Shown: positions 15,745-26,093 of the stretch, piece by piece
How the letters are laid out: each line of letters opens with the position of its first letter
How positions within the stretch are numbered: the stretch's first letter is position 1
Origin: an uncultured Candidatus Binatia bacterium
GTDB lineage: Bacteria > Desulfobacterota > Binatia > UBA9968 > JAJDTQ01
DNA length: 64,000 bases
Assembly (NCBI GenBank): GCA_964291295.2
Contig: OZ219754.1
Coordinates: forward strand, 1,376,001-1,440,000
Direction: 5' to 3'
Notes under the pieces: generated by a model
What the model was told of the DNA's origin: nothing
The model's database searches: none
Seen by the model: only the letters and a program-made list of their open reading frames with translations
Made by a program: the position numbers and the translations under genes

Positions 15745-16188
15745 ATGGATCTGCGTGAATTGCGTCCCGCAAGCGGGAACAAACGTTCCAGGAAGCGTGT
15801 GGGCCGGGGCATGGGTTCCGGGAACGGCAAGACGTCGGGCCGCGGACACAAGGGGCAGGGGGCCCGCTCCGGGGGCGGGGTGCGGCCCGGTTTCGAGGGT
15901 GGGCAGATGCCGCTGACGCGGCGGGTGCCCAAGCGGGGCTTTCGCAATCCTTCCCGGGTCGCCTTCACGCCGGTGAATCTGGACCGCCTGGAGCGGTTCG
16001 AGGCGGGCCGGGAAATCTCGCCGGAATTGTTGCGGGAGGCGGGATTGGCCGGCAACGGGCCGGTGAAGATACTGGGGCGCGGGGAGTTGGACAGGCCGCT
16101 CACGGTAAAGGCCCACGGTTTCTCCCGCAGTGCGCGGGAGAAGATCGAGGCGGCGGGAGGCCGGGCCGAAGTCCTTGAACATGCTTGA
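15745..16188 (+). CDS. rplO: 50S ribosomal protein L15
   Basis: [21 protein letters not shown]...FEGGQMPL. Confidence 0.98.
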   Translation: MDLRELRPASGNKRSRKRVGRGMGSGNGKTSGRGHKGQGARSGGGVRPGFEGGQMPLTRRVPKRGFRNPSRVAFTPVNLDRLERFEAGREISPELLREAGLAGNGPVKILGRGELDRPLTVKAHGFSRSAREKIEAAGGRAEVLEHA

Positions 16189-17491
16189 GGGTTTTCAGAG
16201 CGCTGGCCGCATTCCCGAGTTGAGGCGACGCATCCTGTTCACCTTGGGGATGCTGGCCGTCTATCGCGTCGGCGTCGCCATCCCGACTCCGGGCATCGAC
16301 CGTGACGGGCTGGCGGCCTTCTTCGCCCAGGTCGAGGGTACGATCTTCGGGCTGTTCAATCTGTTTTCGGGTGGCGCGCTGGAGCAGTTCTCGGTGTTCT
16401 CGTTGGGCATCATGCCCTATATCAGCGCCTCCATCATCCTGCAGCTTCTGACGGTGGTCTTTCCCTACCTGGAACGACTGTCGAAGGAAGGAGACGTCGG
16501 ACGCAAGAAGATCACGCAATACACGCGCTACGGCACCATCGTGCTCTCGGTCATCCAGGGCACGATGATCAGTTTCGGCCTCGAAGGGACCCGGGGACCC
16601 AACGGCGAGGCCATCGTGCTGGAGCCCGGCTGGAATTTCCGCGTGATGACGGTCCTGACGCTGACCTCGGGAACGGCGTTCATCATGTGGCTGGGCGAGC
16701 AGATCACCGAAAGGGGCATCGGCAACGGCATCTCCCTGATCATATTCGCTGGCATCGTCGCGGCGCTGCCGTCCGCGGTGACCTCGACGTTCCAGTTCGT
16801 TCGCGAAGGCGAGCTCAGCATTTTCTTCGCGGTGCTGCTCATCCTGTTCGTGGTGCTGGTGGTGGGCGTCATCATCTTCATGGAACGGGGGCAGCGGCGG
16901 ATACCGGTGCAGTATGCCAAGCGTGTCGTGGGCCGCAGGACGTACGGCGGACAAACGTCGCATCTGCCGCTCAAGATCAACACCGCCGGCGTGATTCCCG
17001 TGATCTTCGCGTCGTCCGTGCTCATCTTCCCCGCCACCGTGGCGCAATTCGTCCAGAACCCCTGGGCCCAGGCGCTGGCCGGCTCCATGGCGCCGGGGCG
17101 CTGGCTGCACGACATGCTGTACGTCGGGATGATCATGTTCTTTTGCTACTTCTACACCGCCATTGTCTTCAATCCGGTGGACGTGGCCGAGAACATGCGC
17201 AAGTACGGCGGATACGTGCCGGGTATTCGCCCGGGCAAGAGGACGGCGGAGTTCATCGACAGGGTGTTGTCGCGGATCACCCTCGGGGGCGCCATCTATC
17301 TCTCCCTGGTGGCGCTGTTGCCGACGATACTGATCTCGCAGTTCAACGTTCCGTTCTTTTTCGGGGGGACCGCGCTGCTGATTGTCGTGGGGGTGGCGCT
17401 GGATACGGTGTCACAGATGGAGACCCACATGATCTCGAGGAACTACGAGGGGTTCATGAAACGCGGGCGCATTCGCGGCCGGAGAGGTTGA
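16181..17491 (+). CDS. secY: Preprotein translocase subunit SecY
   Basis: [23 protein letters not shown] and PGIRPG motifs; about 10 hydrophobic segments. Confidence 0.98.
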   Translation: MLEGFQSAGRIPELRRRILFTLGMLAVYRVGVAIPTPGIDRDGLAAFFAQVEGTIFGLFNLFSGGALEQFSVFSLGIMPYISASIILQLLTVVFPYLERLSKEGDVGRKKITQYTRYGTIVLSVIQGTMISFGLEGTRGPNGEAIVLEPGWNFRVMTVLTLTSGTAFIMWLGEQITERGIGNGISLIIFAGIVAALPSAVTSTFQFVREGELSIFFAVLLILFVVLVVGVIIFMERGQRRIPVQYAKRVVGRRTYGGQTSHLPLKINTAGVIPVIFASSVLIFPATVAQFVQNPWAQALAGSMAPGRWLHDMLYVGMIMFFCYFYTAIVFNPVDVAENMRKYGGYVPGIRPGKRTAEFIDRVLSRITLGGAIYLSLVALLPTILISQFNVPFFFGGTALLIVVGVALDTVSQMETHMISRNYEGFMKRGRIRGRRG

Positions 17492-17563
17492 GGAACGCGG
17501 GGCGACCCGTTCGGCCTCGGACGACGCGCGCCGGTTCGTATTTGTGAACAGGGTCATCCGCAC

Positions 17564-18322
17564 ATGATTTATCTCAAGTCCCGAGACGAGATCGATACCA
17601 TGCGCCGTGCCAGCGCCATTGTCGCGGAGGTGCTGCAGGGGCTGAGGGAGACGGTGAAACCCGGCGTGACGACCCTGGAGCTGGATGCGCTGGCCGAGCG
17701 GTGGGCCGGCGAGAAGGGGGCAAAGCCGGCCTTCAAGGGCTATGCCGTTGCCGGCCGGGTCTTCAGGCACAGCCTGTGCACGTCCATCAACGAGGAGATC
17801 GTCCACGGCATTCCTTCCGATCGGGTGCTCAAGGAGGGTGACATCCTGGGGATGGACTTCGGGGTGGTGTACGAGGGTTTCTACGGCGACTCGGCCGTGA
17901 CGGTGGGGGTCGGCCGCGTGAGTCCCGAGGCCGAGCGTCTCATGCAGGTGACGGAGGTTGCCCTGAGCGAGGGCATCAAGGTGCTGCGGGAGGGCAACCG
18001 GATGGGGGACCTGGGCAGCACCATCCAGGGTATCGCGGAAGGATCGGGTTATTCAGTGGTGCGGGAGTTCGTGGGGCATGGTATTGGCAGGAAGCTTCAC
18101 GAGGAGCCTCCGGTTCCCAACTATGGCGACGCCGGCAAGGGCTGCCGGCTGCGGACGGGGATGGTCCTGGCCGTCGAACCCATGGTCAACGCGGGGAAGA
18201 GGGAGGTCAGGATACTGGAGGATGGCTGGACAGCCGTGACCCGGGATCGAAGCCTTGCGGCCCACTTCGAGCACTCCATCGCCATCACGGGGGACGGGCC
18301 GTATGTATTGAGTCGGCTGTAG
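17564..18322 (+). CDS. map: Methionine aminopeptidase, type I
   Basis: CTSINEEIVHGIP, GHGIGRKLHEEP, AVEPM and HFEHSI metal-ligand motifs. Confidence 0.97.
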   Translation: MIYLKSRDEIDTMRRASAIVAEVLQGLRETVKPGVTTLELDALAERWAGEKGAKPAFKGYAVAGRVFRHSLCTSINEEIVHGIPSDRVLKEGDILGMDFGVVYEGFYGDSAVTVGVGRVSPEAERLMQVTEVALSEGIKVLREGNRMGDLGSTIQGIAEGSGYSVVREFVGHGIGRKLHEEPPVPNYGDAGKGCRLRTGMVLAVEPMVNAGKREVRILEDGWTAVTRDRSLAAHFEHSIAITGDGPYVLSRL

Positions 18323-18358
18323 GGTTCGTCCCGCGGCCTTCCGGAACGAGGTCTGGAA

Positions 18359-18472
18359 GTGAAAGTAAGAGCATCCGTCAAGAAGATATGCAACAAGTGC
18401 AAGGTCGTTCGCAGGAAGGGAGTCGTGCGGGTCATCTGCGCCACTCGCAGGCACGCCCAGCGGCAGGGGTGA
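18359..18472 (+). CDS. rpmJ: 50S ribosomal protein L36 (absent from the ORF track)
   Basis: Hand translation: [37 protein letters not shown]. Confidence 0.97.
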   Translation: MKVRASVKKICNKCKVVRRKGVVRVICATRRHAQRQG

Positions 18473-18497
18473 CGCGCATACCCGGAGGGAGTGATTC

Positions 18498-18881
18498 ATG
18501 GCACGCATTGCGGGGGTAGACCTGCCCAGGCACAAGAGCATGGAGATTGCTCTGACCTATATCTACGGTATCGGCGCGACCACGTCCCGGAACATTCTGA
18601 GGGAGGCCGCCATTCCGTTCGAGTTGAAGTCCGACGACCTGTCCGACGACCAGGTGGTGGTGATACGGCGGATCATCGACCAGGAGGTGAAGGTGGAGGG
18701 TGACCTGCGCCGTGACGTCACCATGGACATCAAGCGCCACATGGAGATTGGATCCTATCGGGGACTGAGACATCGGCGCGGGCTGCCGGTCCGGGGACAA
18801 CGGACCCATACCAACGGCCGCACCCGGATGGGGCCCAGAAGGGCCATCGCCGGAAAGAAGAAGCCGCCGTCCAAGGGGTAG
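18498..18881 (+). CDS. rpsM: 30S ribosomal protein S13
   Basis: [10 protein letters not shown]...[17 protein letters not shown]. Confidence 0.99.
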   Translation: MARIAGVDLPRHKSMEIALTYIYGIGATTSRNILREAAIPFELKSDDLSDDQVVVIRRIIDQEVKVEGDLRRDVTMDIKRHMEIGSYRGLRHRRGLPVRGQRTHTNGRTRMGPRRAIAGKKKPPSKG

Positions 18882-18908
18882 CGGGCGGAAACCGGAACAG
18901 GAGCATCC

Positions 18909-19319
18909 ATGGCCCAGGCTGCGAAGAAAGTGCGTGACGCGAGGGCGCCGAGAAAACGGCGTGGACGCAAGAACATCGCGGAGGGGGTGGCGCATATTCA
19001 CTCCACCTTCAACAACACGATCATCACGATATCGGACACGCAGGGCAACGTGGTGGCGTGGTCGAGTGCCGGCGCCATCGGTTTCAAGGGGTCCCGCAAG
19101 GGTACGCCCTTCGCGGCCCAGCAGGCGGCGGACAATGTGGCGCGGAAGGCCATGGAGCATGGCATGCACTCGATACAGGTCTACGTGCGCGGCCCCGGCT
19201 CGGCCAGGGAGTCGGCCTTGAGGTCCCTTCAGTCGGCGGGACTCCATATCAGCCTGATCAAGGACGTGACACCCATTCCCCATAACGGCTGCCGGCCTCC
19301 CAAGCGAAGGCGGGTGTGA
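18909..19319 (+). CDS. rpsK: 30S ribosomal protein S11
   Basis: STFNNTI...[13 protein letters not shown]...[18 protein letters not shown]. Confidence 0.99.
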   Translation: MAQAAKKVRDARAPRKRRGRKNIAEGVAHIHSTFNNTIITISDTQGNVVAWSSAGAIGFKGSRKGTPFAAQQAADNVARKAMEHGMHSIQVYVRGPGSARESALRSLQSAGLHISLIKDVTPIPHNGCRPPKRRRV

Positions 19320-19332
19320 GAGGAGATCGTCA

Positions 19333-19959
19333 GTGGCAAGGTATCATGGTCCGGTGTGCCGGCTGTGCCGGCGAGAGAACCTCAAGCTGTTTCTCAAGGG
19401 AGAACGTTGTTACACGGACAAGTGCGCCATCGAGCGGCGCAACTATCCGCCCGGGCAACACGGCCAGAGACGCATGAAGTTCTCCGAGTACAGCCTTCAG
19501 CTCAGGGAGAAACAGAAGGTCAAGCGCATGTACGGACTGCTCGAGAAGCAGTTCCGGGGCAGCTTCGAGACCGCGGAGAAATCCCGCGGGATCACCGGCG
19601 AGAACCTGCTGGTGATACTGGAGAGAAGACTCGACAACATCGTCTACCGCCTCGGGTTCGCCTGCTCGAGGGGGGACGCGCGCCTTCTGGTGCGCCACGG
19701 CCACGTGCGGGTGAACGGCCGGCGGGTGACCATTCCCTCGTTTCGCGTGGGGGTGGGGGATGTCGTGGCGGTGGCGGAAAAGAGCCGGAAGTCGGAGCGG
19801 GTCATGGCCGCCATGGAGGGAGCCCAGAGGCGCGGCGTACCCGACTGGATGGAGGTCGATCCGGAGAACGGCTCCGGCACCGTCAAGGTTCTGCCGAGCC
19901 GGAGCGACATCACGACGCCCATCAACGAGAAGCTCATCGTCGAGTTGTATTCCAAGTAA
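19333..19959 (+). CDS. rpsD: 30S ribosomal protein S4
   Basis: CRLCRRE...PGQHG...LREKQK...LERRLDN...IVELYSK. Confidence 0.98.
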   Translation: MARYHGPVCRLCRRENLKLFLKGERCYTDKCAIERRNYPPGQHGQRRMKFSEYSLQLREKQKVKRMYGLLEKQFRGSFETAEKSRGITGENLLVILERRLDNIVYRLGFACSRGDARLLVRHGHVRVNGRRVTIPSFRVGVGDVVAVAEKSRKSERVMAAMEGAQRRGVPDWMEVDPENGSGTVKVLPSRSDITTPINEKLIVELYSK

Positions 19960-20024
19960 ACCCGTGGCCATCCCGCACATGCCGGGACGTGACAGGCCAC
20001 TCGCGAACCCGTGTTGGAGATCCC

Positions 20025-21047
20025 ATGCACGAGCATTGGAGCGAACTGATCAAGCCGGACGCCATAGAGGTGGACGAGAAGAGTCTCACGGCCACCTATG
20101 GCAAGTTCGTCGGTGAACCTTTCGAGAGGGGATTCGGCCAGACCATCGGCAACAGTCTTCGGCGCATCCTGCTCTCCTCGCTCAGAGGCGCGGCCATCAC
20201 TTCCGTCCAGATCGACGGCGCGCTGCACGAATTTTCCACCCTTCAGGGTGCCACCGAGGACGTCACCGACATCATCCTGAACCTGAAGGAAGTGCGGCCC
20301 AAGCTGCACGGTTCGGAACGGGAGGTCATCCGCATCGAGGCCGCCGGTCCGAAGGAAGTGCTGGCAGGAGACATCATCCAGAGTCCCCAGGTGGAGATTC
20401 TCAATCCGGAGCACCACATCGCCTCCCTCTCGAAGGAAGGGCGGCTCAACGCCACGTTGGTGGTGCGCATGGGACAGGGATATGTGCCGGCGGAACGCAA
20501 CCGCGAAGAGGAGCTGCCGGTGGATACGATCTTCATGGATGCGGTATTCTCGCCCATCCGCAAGGTCAACTTCACCGTGACCAACGCACGTGTCGGCCAG
20601 CGCACGGACTACGACCGCCTCGTGCTCGAAGTGTGGACTGACGGCAGCCTGCCGCCCGAGGATGCGTTGGCCCATGCGGCGCGCATCCTGCAGGATCAGG
20701 TCGCCATCTTCATCACTTTCGAGGAAGGTCCGAAGCTGGGCGAGAACGACTCCGAGCGTCACGCCGGGCTGCTGAACGAGAATCTCTTCCGCGAGGTGGA
20801 TGATCTGGACTTCTCCGTCAGGGCACAGAATTGCCTCCAGAACGCCAATCTCAAGTACGTCGGCGAGTTGGTGCAAAAGACCGAGCGGGAGATGCTCGAA
20901 ACCAAGAACTTCGGACGGAAATCCCTTAACGAGATCAAGGAGCAGCTTGGCGGGTTGGGATTGGAGCTGGGCATGAAGCTGGAGCATTTCCCCAGCCGGG
21001 AGGAGCTCGAGGGCGGCAAACAGCCCGACCGGAAGGAGACGGCGTAG
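20025..21047 (+). CDS. rpoA: RNA polymerase alpha subunit
   Basis: EPFERGFGQTIGNSLRRILLSS...VGQRTDYD...NFGRKSLNEIK; start ATG 20025. Confidence 0.98.
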   Translation: MHEHWSELIKPDAIEVDEKSLTATYGKFVGEPFERGFGQTIGNSLRRILLSSLRGAAITSVQIDGALHEFSTLQGATEDVTDIILNLKEVRPKLHGSEREVIRIEAAGPKEVLAGDIIQSPQVEILNPEHHIASLSKEGRLNATLVVRMGQGYVPAERNREEELPVDTIFMDAVFSPIRKVNFTVTNARVGQRTDYDRLVLEVWTDGSLPPEDALAHAARILQDQVAIFITFEEGPKLGENDSERHAGLLNENLFREVDDLDFSVRAQNCLQNANLKYVGELVQKTEREMLETKNFGRKSLNEIKEQLGGLGLELGMKLEHFPSREELEGGKQPDRKETA

Positions 21048-21050
21048 TCC

Positions 21051-21461
21051 ATGCGACACCTGAAAAAAGGCAGAAAGCTGAACCGCAGTCCGAGCCACCG
21101 CCATGCCATGTTCCGGAACATGGCCACCGCGCTCCTGCGCCACGACCGTATCACCACCACCGATGCAAAGGCCAAGGAACTGCGGCACTGGACGGACTGG
21201 CTGATCACGCTTGGCAAGGACGGCAGCCTGCACGCCCGCAGACGCGCCTTGGCCTTCGTCCAGGACAAGGCCGTGGTGGCGCGGCTGTTCCGCGAACTCG
21301 GGCCGCGCTTCCAGGATCGTCACGGCGGATATACCCGGATCGTCAAGGTCGGCCGCCGGCGGGGAGATTCGGCGCCGCTTTCCATCATCGAGTTGATTCC
21401 GGCAGAGGCCGGCGCACCGGACGATACCGCAAGCGAGACCACCTCGGCCACCGGGACCTAG
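21051..21461 (+). CDS. rplQ: 50S ribosomal protein L17
   Basis: [12 protein letters not shown]...TTDAKAKE...GGYTRI...RRGDSA. Confidence 0.98.
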   Translation: MRHLKKGRKLNRSPSHRHAMFRNMATALLRHDRITTTDAKAKELRHWTDWLITLGKDGSLHARRRALAFVQDKAVVARLFRELGPRFQDRHGGYTRIVKVGRRRGDSAPLSIIELIPAEAGAPDDTASETTSATGT

Positions 21462-21476
21462 CAGCCAGTCCGGTTC

Positions 21477-22007
21477 ATGGCCAACCACCGACAGGCCACG
21501 GATGGCGGCAGGCTCTCTTTCAGTCGCCGCCAGTTGTTCAGCGTCGCCTTCCTTTTCGTCACCGCGTCGGTCGTCGTCTTCCTTCTCGGAATCCTGATCG
21601 GGCAGAGTATCGAGGAGCGCAAGCTGGTGCGCCGGCCCGAACCGGCGGTCCATGTCCCGGTGACGTCCGGTGCGCCGGCCGCCGACCAGGAGATGACGTT
21701 CTATGACACCTTGACCAAGCCCGAACCTGCCCCGCCGCGTGCCGAACCTGCCGCCGCCAGGGCCGCCGGCGAGGAGACGCGCTGGACCGTGCAGGTCGCC
21801 GCCATCCGCAGCCGCACCACCGCCGAGGAAATGGTGTCCGAGCTCAAGAAGCGTGGCTACAAGGCGTACGTGACCTCCGGTACACTGAACCGGACGACGT
21901 TCTACCGGGTACGCGTGGGCTCCCACGGAACCCGCCGGGGCGCCATGGCCGACCTCCAGCGACTCAAGGCCGCAAACTACAAGAACGCCATGATCACGAG
22001 GAACTGA
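21477..22007 (+). CDS. SPOR-domain membrane protein (FtsN/DedD-like)
   Basis: N-terminal TM helix, MTFYDTL segment, Pro/Ala linker, C-terminal WTVQVAA...YRVRVG SPOR pattern. Confidence 0.8.
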   Translation: MANHRQATDGGRLSFSRRQLFSVAFLFVTASVVVFLLGILIGQSIEERKLVRRPEPAVHVPVTSGAPAADQEMTFYDTLTKPEPAPPRAEPAAARAAGEETRWTVQVAAIRSRTTAEEMVSELKKRGYKAYVTSGTLNRTTFYRVRVGSHGTRRGAMADLQRLKAANYKNAMITRN

Positions 22008-23023
22008 TGACGATCCAGCAGGCGATTGCCCAACTGGTGGCCGGTGCGAATCTCACGGAACCGCAGATGGTGGACGTGATGCACCAGGTCATGACCGGTG
22101 AGGCCACGCCCATCCAGGTGGGCGCGTTCCTGACCGCGCTGCGGATCCAGGGGGAGACGGTGGAGGAGGTGACCGGCGCGGCCCGGGTCATGCGGGAAAA
22201 GGCGCTGCACGTCGACGCCGGCGAGGGTTGCGTGCTCGATACCTGCGGCACTGGCGGCGACGGGAAGAACACGTTCAACATCTCCACCACGGTTGCCTTC
22301 GTGGTCGCGGCTGCGGGCGTGACCGTGGCCAAGCACGGCAATCGAGCCGTCTCCAGCGGCTCGGGCAGCGCGGACGTGCTGGCCGCCCTCGGCGTGAAGG
22401 TCGACGTGTCCAGGGAGACCGTGGAACGTTGCCTGCGCGAGGTGGGCATCGGCTTCCTGTTTGCGCCGGCGTTGCACGGCGCCATGAAGTATGCGGCGGC
22501 GCCCCGCCGGGAGGTGGGCATCCGGACCCTTTTCAACCTCCTGGGCCCTTTGACCAACCCGGCGGGGGCGACGCACCAGCTCATCGGGATTTACGACGGC
22601 GCGCTCATCGAGACGGTGGCGCAGGTTCTCGGGAATCTCGGAAGTGAGCGGGCCATGGTGGTCCACGGCGAGGAAGGCCTTGATGAAATCTCCCTCGGCG
22701 GCCCCACCGCGGTGGCCGAATGGAAGGACGGAGCCGTCGCCCGCTACACCCTGGATCCCGAGGAGTTCGGCTTCGAGAAGTGCGCCGCGACGCGATTCAC
22801 GGCCACGGGTCCGGAGGAATGCGCCGCTATCGTGACCGCGGTGCTGAAGGGAGAACCGGGTCCGGCCCGGGACGTGGTGTTGCTCAACAGCGGCGCGGCT
22901 CTCTGCGTGAGCGAACGGGCCGCCACCGTGGCCGACGGCATCAACCTGGCACGGGAGCGAATCGATGCGGGGGCCGCGCTGGAGAAGCTGCAACACTTGG
23001 CGCGGGTCACCTGCCAAGCCTAG
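22007..23023 (+). CDS. trpD: Anthranilate phosphoribosyltransferase
   Basis: DTCGTGGDG, NIST, KHGNRAVSS and RTLFNLLGPLTNP motifs. Confidence 0.97.
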   Translation: MTIQQAIAQLVAGANLTEPQMVDVMHQVMTGEATPIQVGAFLTALRIQGETVEEVTGAARVMREKALHVDAGEGCVLDTCGTGGDGKNTFNISTTVAFVVAAAGVTVAKHGNRAVSSGSGSADVLAALGVKVDVSRETVERCLREVGIGFLFAPALHGAMKYAAAPRREVGIRTLFNLLGPLTNPAGATHQLIGIYDGALIETVAQVLGNLGSERAMVVHGEEGLDEISLGGPTAVAEWKDGAVARYTLDPEEFGFEKCAATRFTATGPEECAAIVTAVLKGEPGPARDVVLLNSGAALCVSERAATVADGINLARERIDAGAALEKLQHLARVTCQA

Positions 23024-23194
23024 GAGCCTGTGCCGCAGAGAGTTTTCGTGGGACAGAGATCCACCAGAGTCCCACTTGGCGCCCAATTCATGTCCGATAA
23101 TGGGACAAGGCTACACGTTTCTGGCATTTTGGAGGAGAATCCGGCCATGCTCTCCCACCGGTCACATCCCGAAGCGTCCTGCGGCACAGGCTCG
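23023..23194 (+). mobile_element. About 170-bp MITE-like element at the trpD stop codon
   Basis: Perfect 15-bp inverted repeat GAGCCTGTGCCGCAG (23024-23038) / CTGCGGCACAGGCTC (23179-23193); TA flanks both sides; no convincing ORF. Confidence 0.7.
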
Positions 23195-23227
23195 TAGGTG
23201 CGGGGCCGGGGGCTGGCGAGGACGCGC

Positions 23228-23311
23228 CGAACCATACGCCTGACGACACCCCGAACGACGCACGGAACAACGCACGGAACAACGCATCGAACAATGCGCG
23301 GAACGATACAC
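23228..23311 (+). repeat. Degenerate 12-bp tandem repeat (about 7 units) abutting the trpC start
   Basis: cgaacgacgcac ggaacaacgcac ggaacaacgcat cgaacaatgcgc ggaacgatacac, plus two more degenerate units upstream. Confidence 0.75.
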
Positions 23312-23313
23312 CG

Positions 23314-24144
23314 ATGGTGAAGGATGCCACCCCGCCGGCGACCCACGACATCCTGGAACGGATCGTGGCGCACGTGCGCGCCGAGACCGTTTCCCGGCGC
23401 CGGGCGCACCCGCTGGAGTCGTTGAAGGAGCGCCCGCTCTACCATCGAGAGCGCCGCGGCTTCCTCGCGGCGCTGTCCCGGCCCGGTCGCCATGTCATCG
23501 CCGAGGTGAAACGGGCGTCGCCCTCCAGGGGCATGATCCGCCAGGACTTCGAACCCGTCGCCATTGCGTCGCGTTACGCGGCCAACGGCGCCACGGCGCT
23601 GTCGGTGGTCACGGAAGAGCGCTTCTTCAGCGGCTCCCTCCACCATCTGTCCGATATCGCGGCGGCGGTGTCACGGCCGCTCCTGAGAAAGGACTTCGTG
23701 CTGGATTCCTACCATCTGGTGGAGGCGCGCAGTTTCGGCGCCGATGCGGTCCTGCTGATCGCCGCGATCCTGGATGGGCGCGAGCTGGAAACGCTCCACG
23801 CCGAAGCGCACTCCCTTTCGCTGGATGTCCTGGTGGAGGTACACTCGGAACGCGAACTGGAGACCGCCCTGGGCCTGGGCGCATCCATGATCGGGATCAA
23901 TAATCGCAACCTGCGCACGTTCCAGGTGGACCTCGGCGTCGCGGAGGCGCTGCTGCCGCGAATCCCGGCCGGCGTGCTGGCCGTGTGCGAGAGCGGCATC
24001 CGGGACGCCGCGCAGGTGGAGCGGCTCGAGGCATCCGGGGCGCGGGCCTTTCTGGTGGGCGAGACCCTCATGCGTGCCGCGGACCCGGGCGCCAGGCTGG
24101 CCGAGCTGCTCGGCGCGAGTGCGGCAGCCCATGGTCAAGGTTAA
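23314..24144 (+). CDS. trpC: Indole-3-glycerol phosphate synthase
   Basis: IAEVKRASPSRG, LRKDF, GINNRNL, ESGI and LVGETLM motifs. Confidence 0.96.
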   Translation: MVKDATPPATHDILERIVAHVRAETVSRRRAHPLESLKERPLYHRERRGFLAALSRPGRHVIAEVKRASPSRGMIRQDFEPVAIASRYAANGATALSVVTEERFFSGSLHHLSDIAAAVSRPLLRKDFVLDSYHLVEARSFGADAVLLIAAILDGRELETLHAEAHSLSLDVLVEVHSERELETALGLGASMIGINNRNLRTFQVDLGVAEALLPRIPAGVLAVCESGIRDAAQVERLEASGARAFLVGETLMRAADPGARLAELLGASAAAHGQG

Positions 24145-24754
24145 GATCTGCGGCGTCACCCACGCCGAGGATGCGTTGAAGGCGGTGGAGTACGGCGCCG
24201 ACGCCCTGGGGTTCAACTTCTATCCGCCGAGCCCGCGCTACATCCTGCCCGGGAAGGCCGCCGCCATACTCCGGGAACTGCCTCCGGGAGTCTGCACGGC
24301 CGGTCTGTTCGTCAACGAATCGCGCCGCGGCGTGACATCGGTGCTGCGCACCTGCCGGTCCCCGGACGGCACGGGTCTGACCGCGGTCCAGTTCCATGGT
24401 GACGAGGAACGCGGTTTCTGCCGCGGCTGGCCGCTCAAGGTCATCAAGGCGTTCCGCGTCCGGGACCAGGAGACCCTCCGCACGATCGGGGAGTATCCCG
24501 CGGACTACTACCTGCTGGACTCCTGGAGCCGGGGTTTCGGCGGCTCCGGGTCCGCTTTCACCTGGAGTTGGCTGAGGGAGCCGCTGGCGCGCCCGGTGAT
24601 CCTGGCGGGCGGTCTCGGCACCGGCAATGTCCGCGAGGCGGTGCGGGTGACAAGACCCTTCGGGGTGGATGTCTGCTCCGGCGTCGAGGCGGCCCCGGGC
24701 CGCAAGGACTACCGGCGCATGAAGGACTTCATCGCCGCGGCCAAGGCGGCATGA
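24131..24754 (+). CDS. trpF: Phosphoribosylanthranilate isomerase
   Basis: VKICG, SPRY, VQFHGDE, LAGGL and GVDVCSGVE motifs. Confidence 0.96.
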   Translation: MVKVKICGVTHAEDALKAVEYGADALGFNFYPPSPRYILPGKAAAILRELPPGVCTAGLFVNESRRGVTSVLRTCRSPDGTGLTAVQFHGDEERGFCRGWPLKVIKAFRVRDQETLRTIGEYPADYYLLDSWSRGFGGSGSAFTWSWLREPLARPVILAGGLGTGNVREAVRVTRPFGVDVCSGVEAAPGRKDYRRMKDFIAAAKAA

Positions 24755-26061
24755 CCCGCGCTGCCGGCCGCACCCCCGGTGTCGTGAGTTCCTATCGCAA
24801 GAGTCTCGAATTCATCTACCATTTGCGCCGCGCCGAAATCGACCTGCGGCTGGAGCGGGTGGCGCACGCGCTGTCGCTGTTCGACAACCCGCAGCAGCGC
24901 TTCCGGGTCTTTCATGTCGCCGGCACCAACGGCAAGGGGTCAACGGCCGCCATCCTCCATGCGGTGTTGTGCGCGCAAGGCTACCGGGTCGGACTCTACA
25001 CTTCGCCGCACCTGGCCGATTTCACCGAGCGGATCCGCGTGGGCAGGCGGCCCATCGGCCGGGCGGCCGTGGTCCGCCTCGTCCGGGAGGTCGCCGAAGG
25101 AATGGCGCAGGTTCCCCTGTCTCTGACATTTTTCGAGTTTGCGACGGTCATGGCCTTGCTGCACTTCGCTCGGAAAGGGGTAGAGGTGGCGGTGGTGGAG
25201 GTGGGGCTCGGCGGCAGGCTGGACGCCACCAATCTGGTGCAACCGGACGTTTGCGCCATCACCACCATCGCCCGGGACCACGAGCGTTTTCTCGGCAAGG
25301 GGATCGCCTCCATCGCGCGCGAAAAGGGCGGCATCATCAAGCCCGGGATCCCCGTGGTCTGCGGTTCCCTGCCCGCCGCGGCCAGCCGCGTCATACGCCG
25401 GATCGCGCGCGCGCTGGAAGCTCCGGTCCGCCAGTGGGACAGGGACTTCGCGGTGGTGCCCGGTGAGGATGGCCGATTCGGCTACCGCGGCCGGGAATGG
25501 TCGCTGGACGGGCTGAGACTGGCGCTGTCCGGCGGCTGGCAGCGACACAACGCCGGAGTCGCCTTGGCGTCCCTGGAGGCGCTGCATACCGCGTTGCCGG
25601 TCCGGGAGAAGGCGATACGCCGCGGCCTGGGGTCGGTGGCGTGGCCGGGCCGGCTCGAGGTTCTGCCGGGACGCCCCACCCTCATATTGGACGGAGCGCA
25701 CAATCCCGGCGCGGTGCAGGCGCTCGCCGCGGAGGTCCGCGGACTCGTCGGCGACAGAAAAGTCCGTCTGCTGTTCGGCAGCATGCGTGACAAGGATTGG
25801 TCCTCGATGCTCGCGATGCTGTGCGGCGTGGCCGGGGAAGTGGTCCTGACCCGAACGCCGACCGCGCGGGGCGCGGATCCGGGTTCGTTGTCCTCAGCCC
25901 TGCCCCGGGGGGTTCGGACCACCGTCGTGGAGGATCCGGTTGCGGCTCTCTCCGGTCTGGTGGCGGACCGGCGGCGGCGGGACGTTCCGGTTCTGGTGGC
26001 GGGCTCACTCTACCTGGTGGGGGCGGTGCGCGCCAAGGCGCTGGAGCTGCGGGCACGCTGA
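24751..26061 (+). CDS. folC: Bifunctional dihydrofolate/folylpolyglutamate synthase
   Basis: HVAGTNGKGST, YTSPHL, EVGLGGRLDATN, WPGRLE and LDGAHN motifs. Confidence 0.96.
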   Translation: MTRAAGRTPGVVSSYRKSLEFIYHLRRAEIDLRLERVAHALSLFDNPQQRFRVFHVAGTNGKGSTAAILHAVLCAQGYRVGLYTSPHLADFTERIRVGRRPIGRAAVVRLVREVAEGMAQVPLSLTFFEFATVMALLHFARKGVEVAVVEVGLGGRLDATNLVQPDVCAITTIARDHERFLGKGIASIAREKGGIIKPGIPVVCGSLPAAASRVIRRIARALEAPVRQWDRDFAVVPGEDGRFGYRGREWSLDGLRLALSGGWQRHNAGVALASLEALHTALPVREKAIRRGLGSVAWPGRLEVLPGRPTLILDGAHNPGAVQALAAEVRGLVGDRKVRLLFGSMRDKDWSSMLAMLCGVAGEVVLTRTPTARGADPGSLSSALPRGVRTTVVEDPVAALSGLVADRRRRDVPVLVAGSLYLVGAVRAKALELRAR

Positions 26062-26093
26062 AGCACCCCGGGAGGCCAGCTCCGGCAACAATC

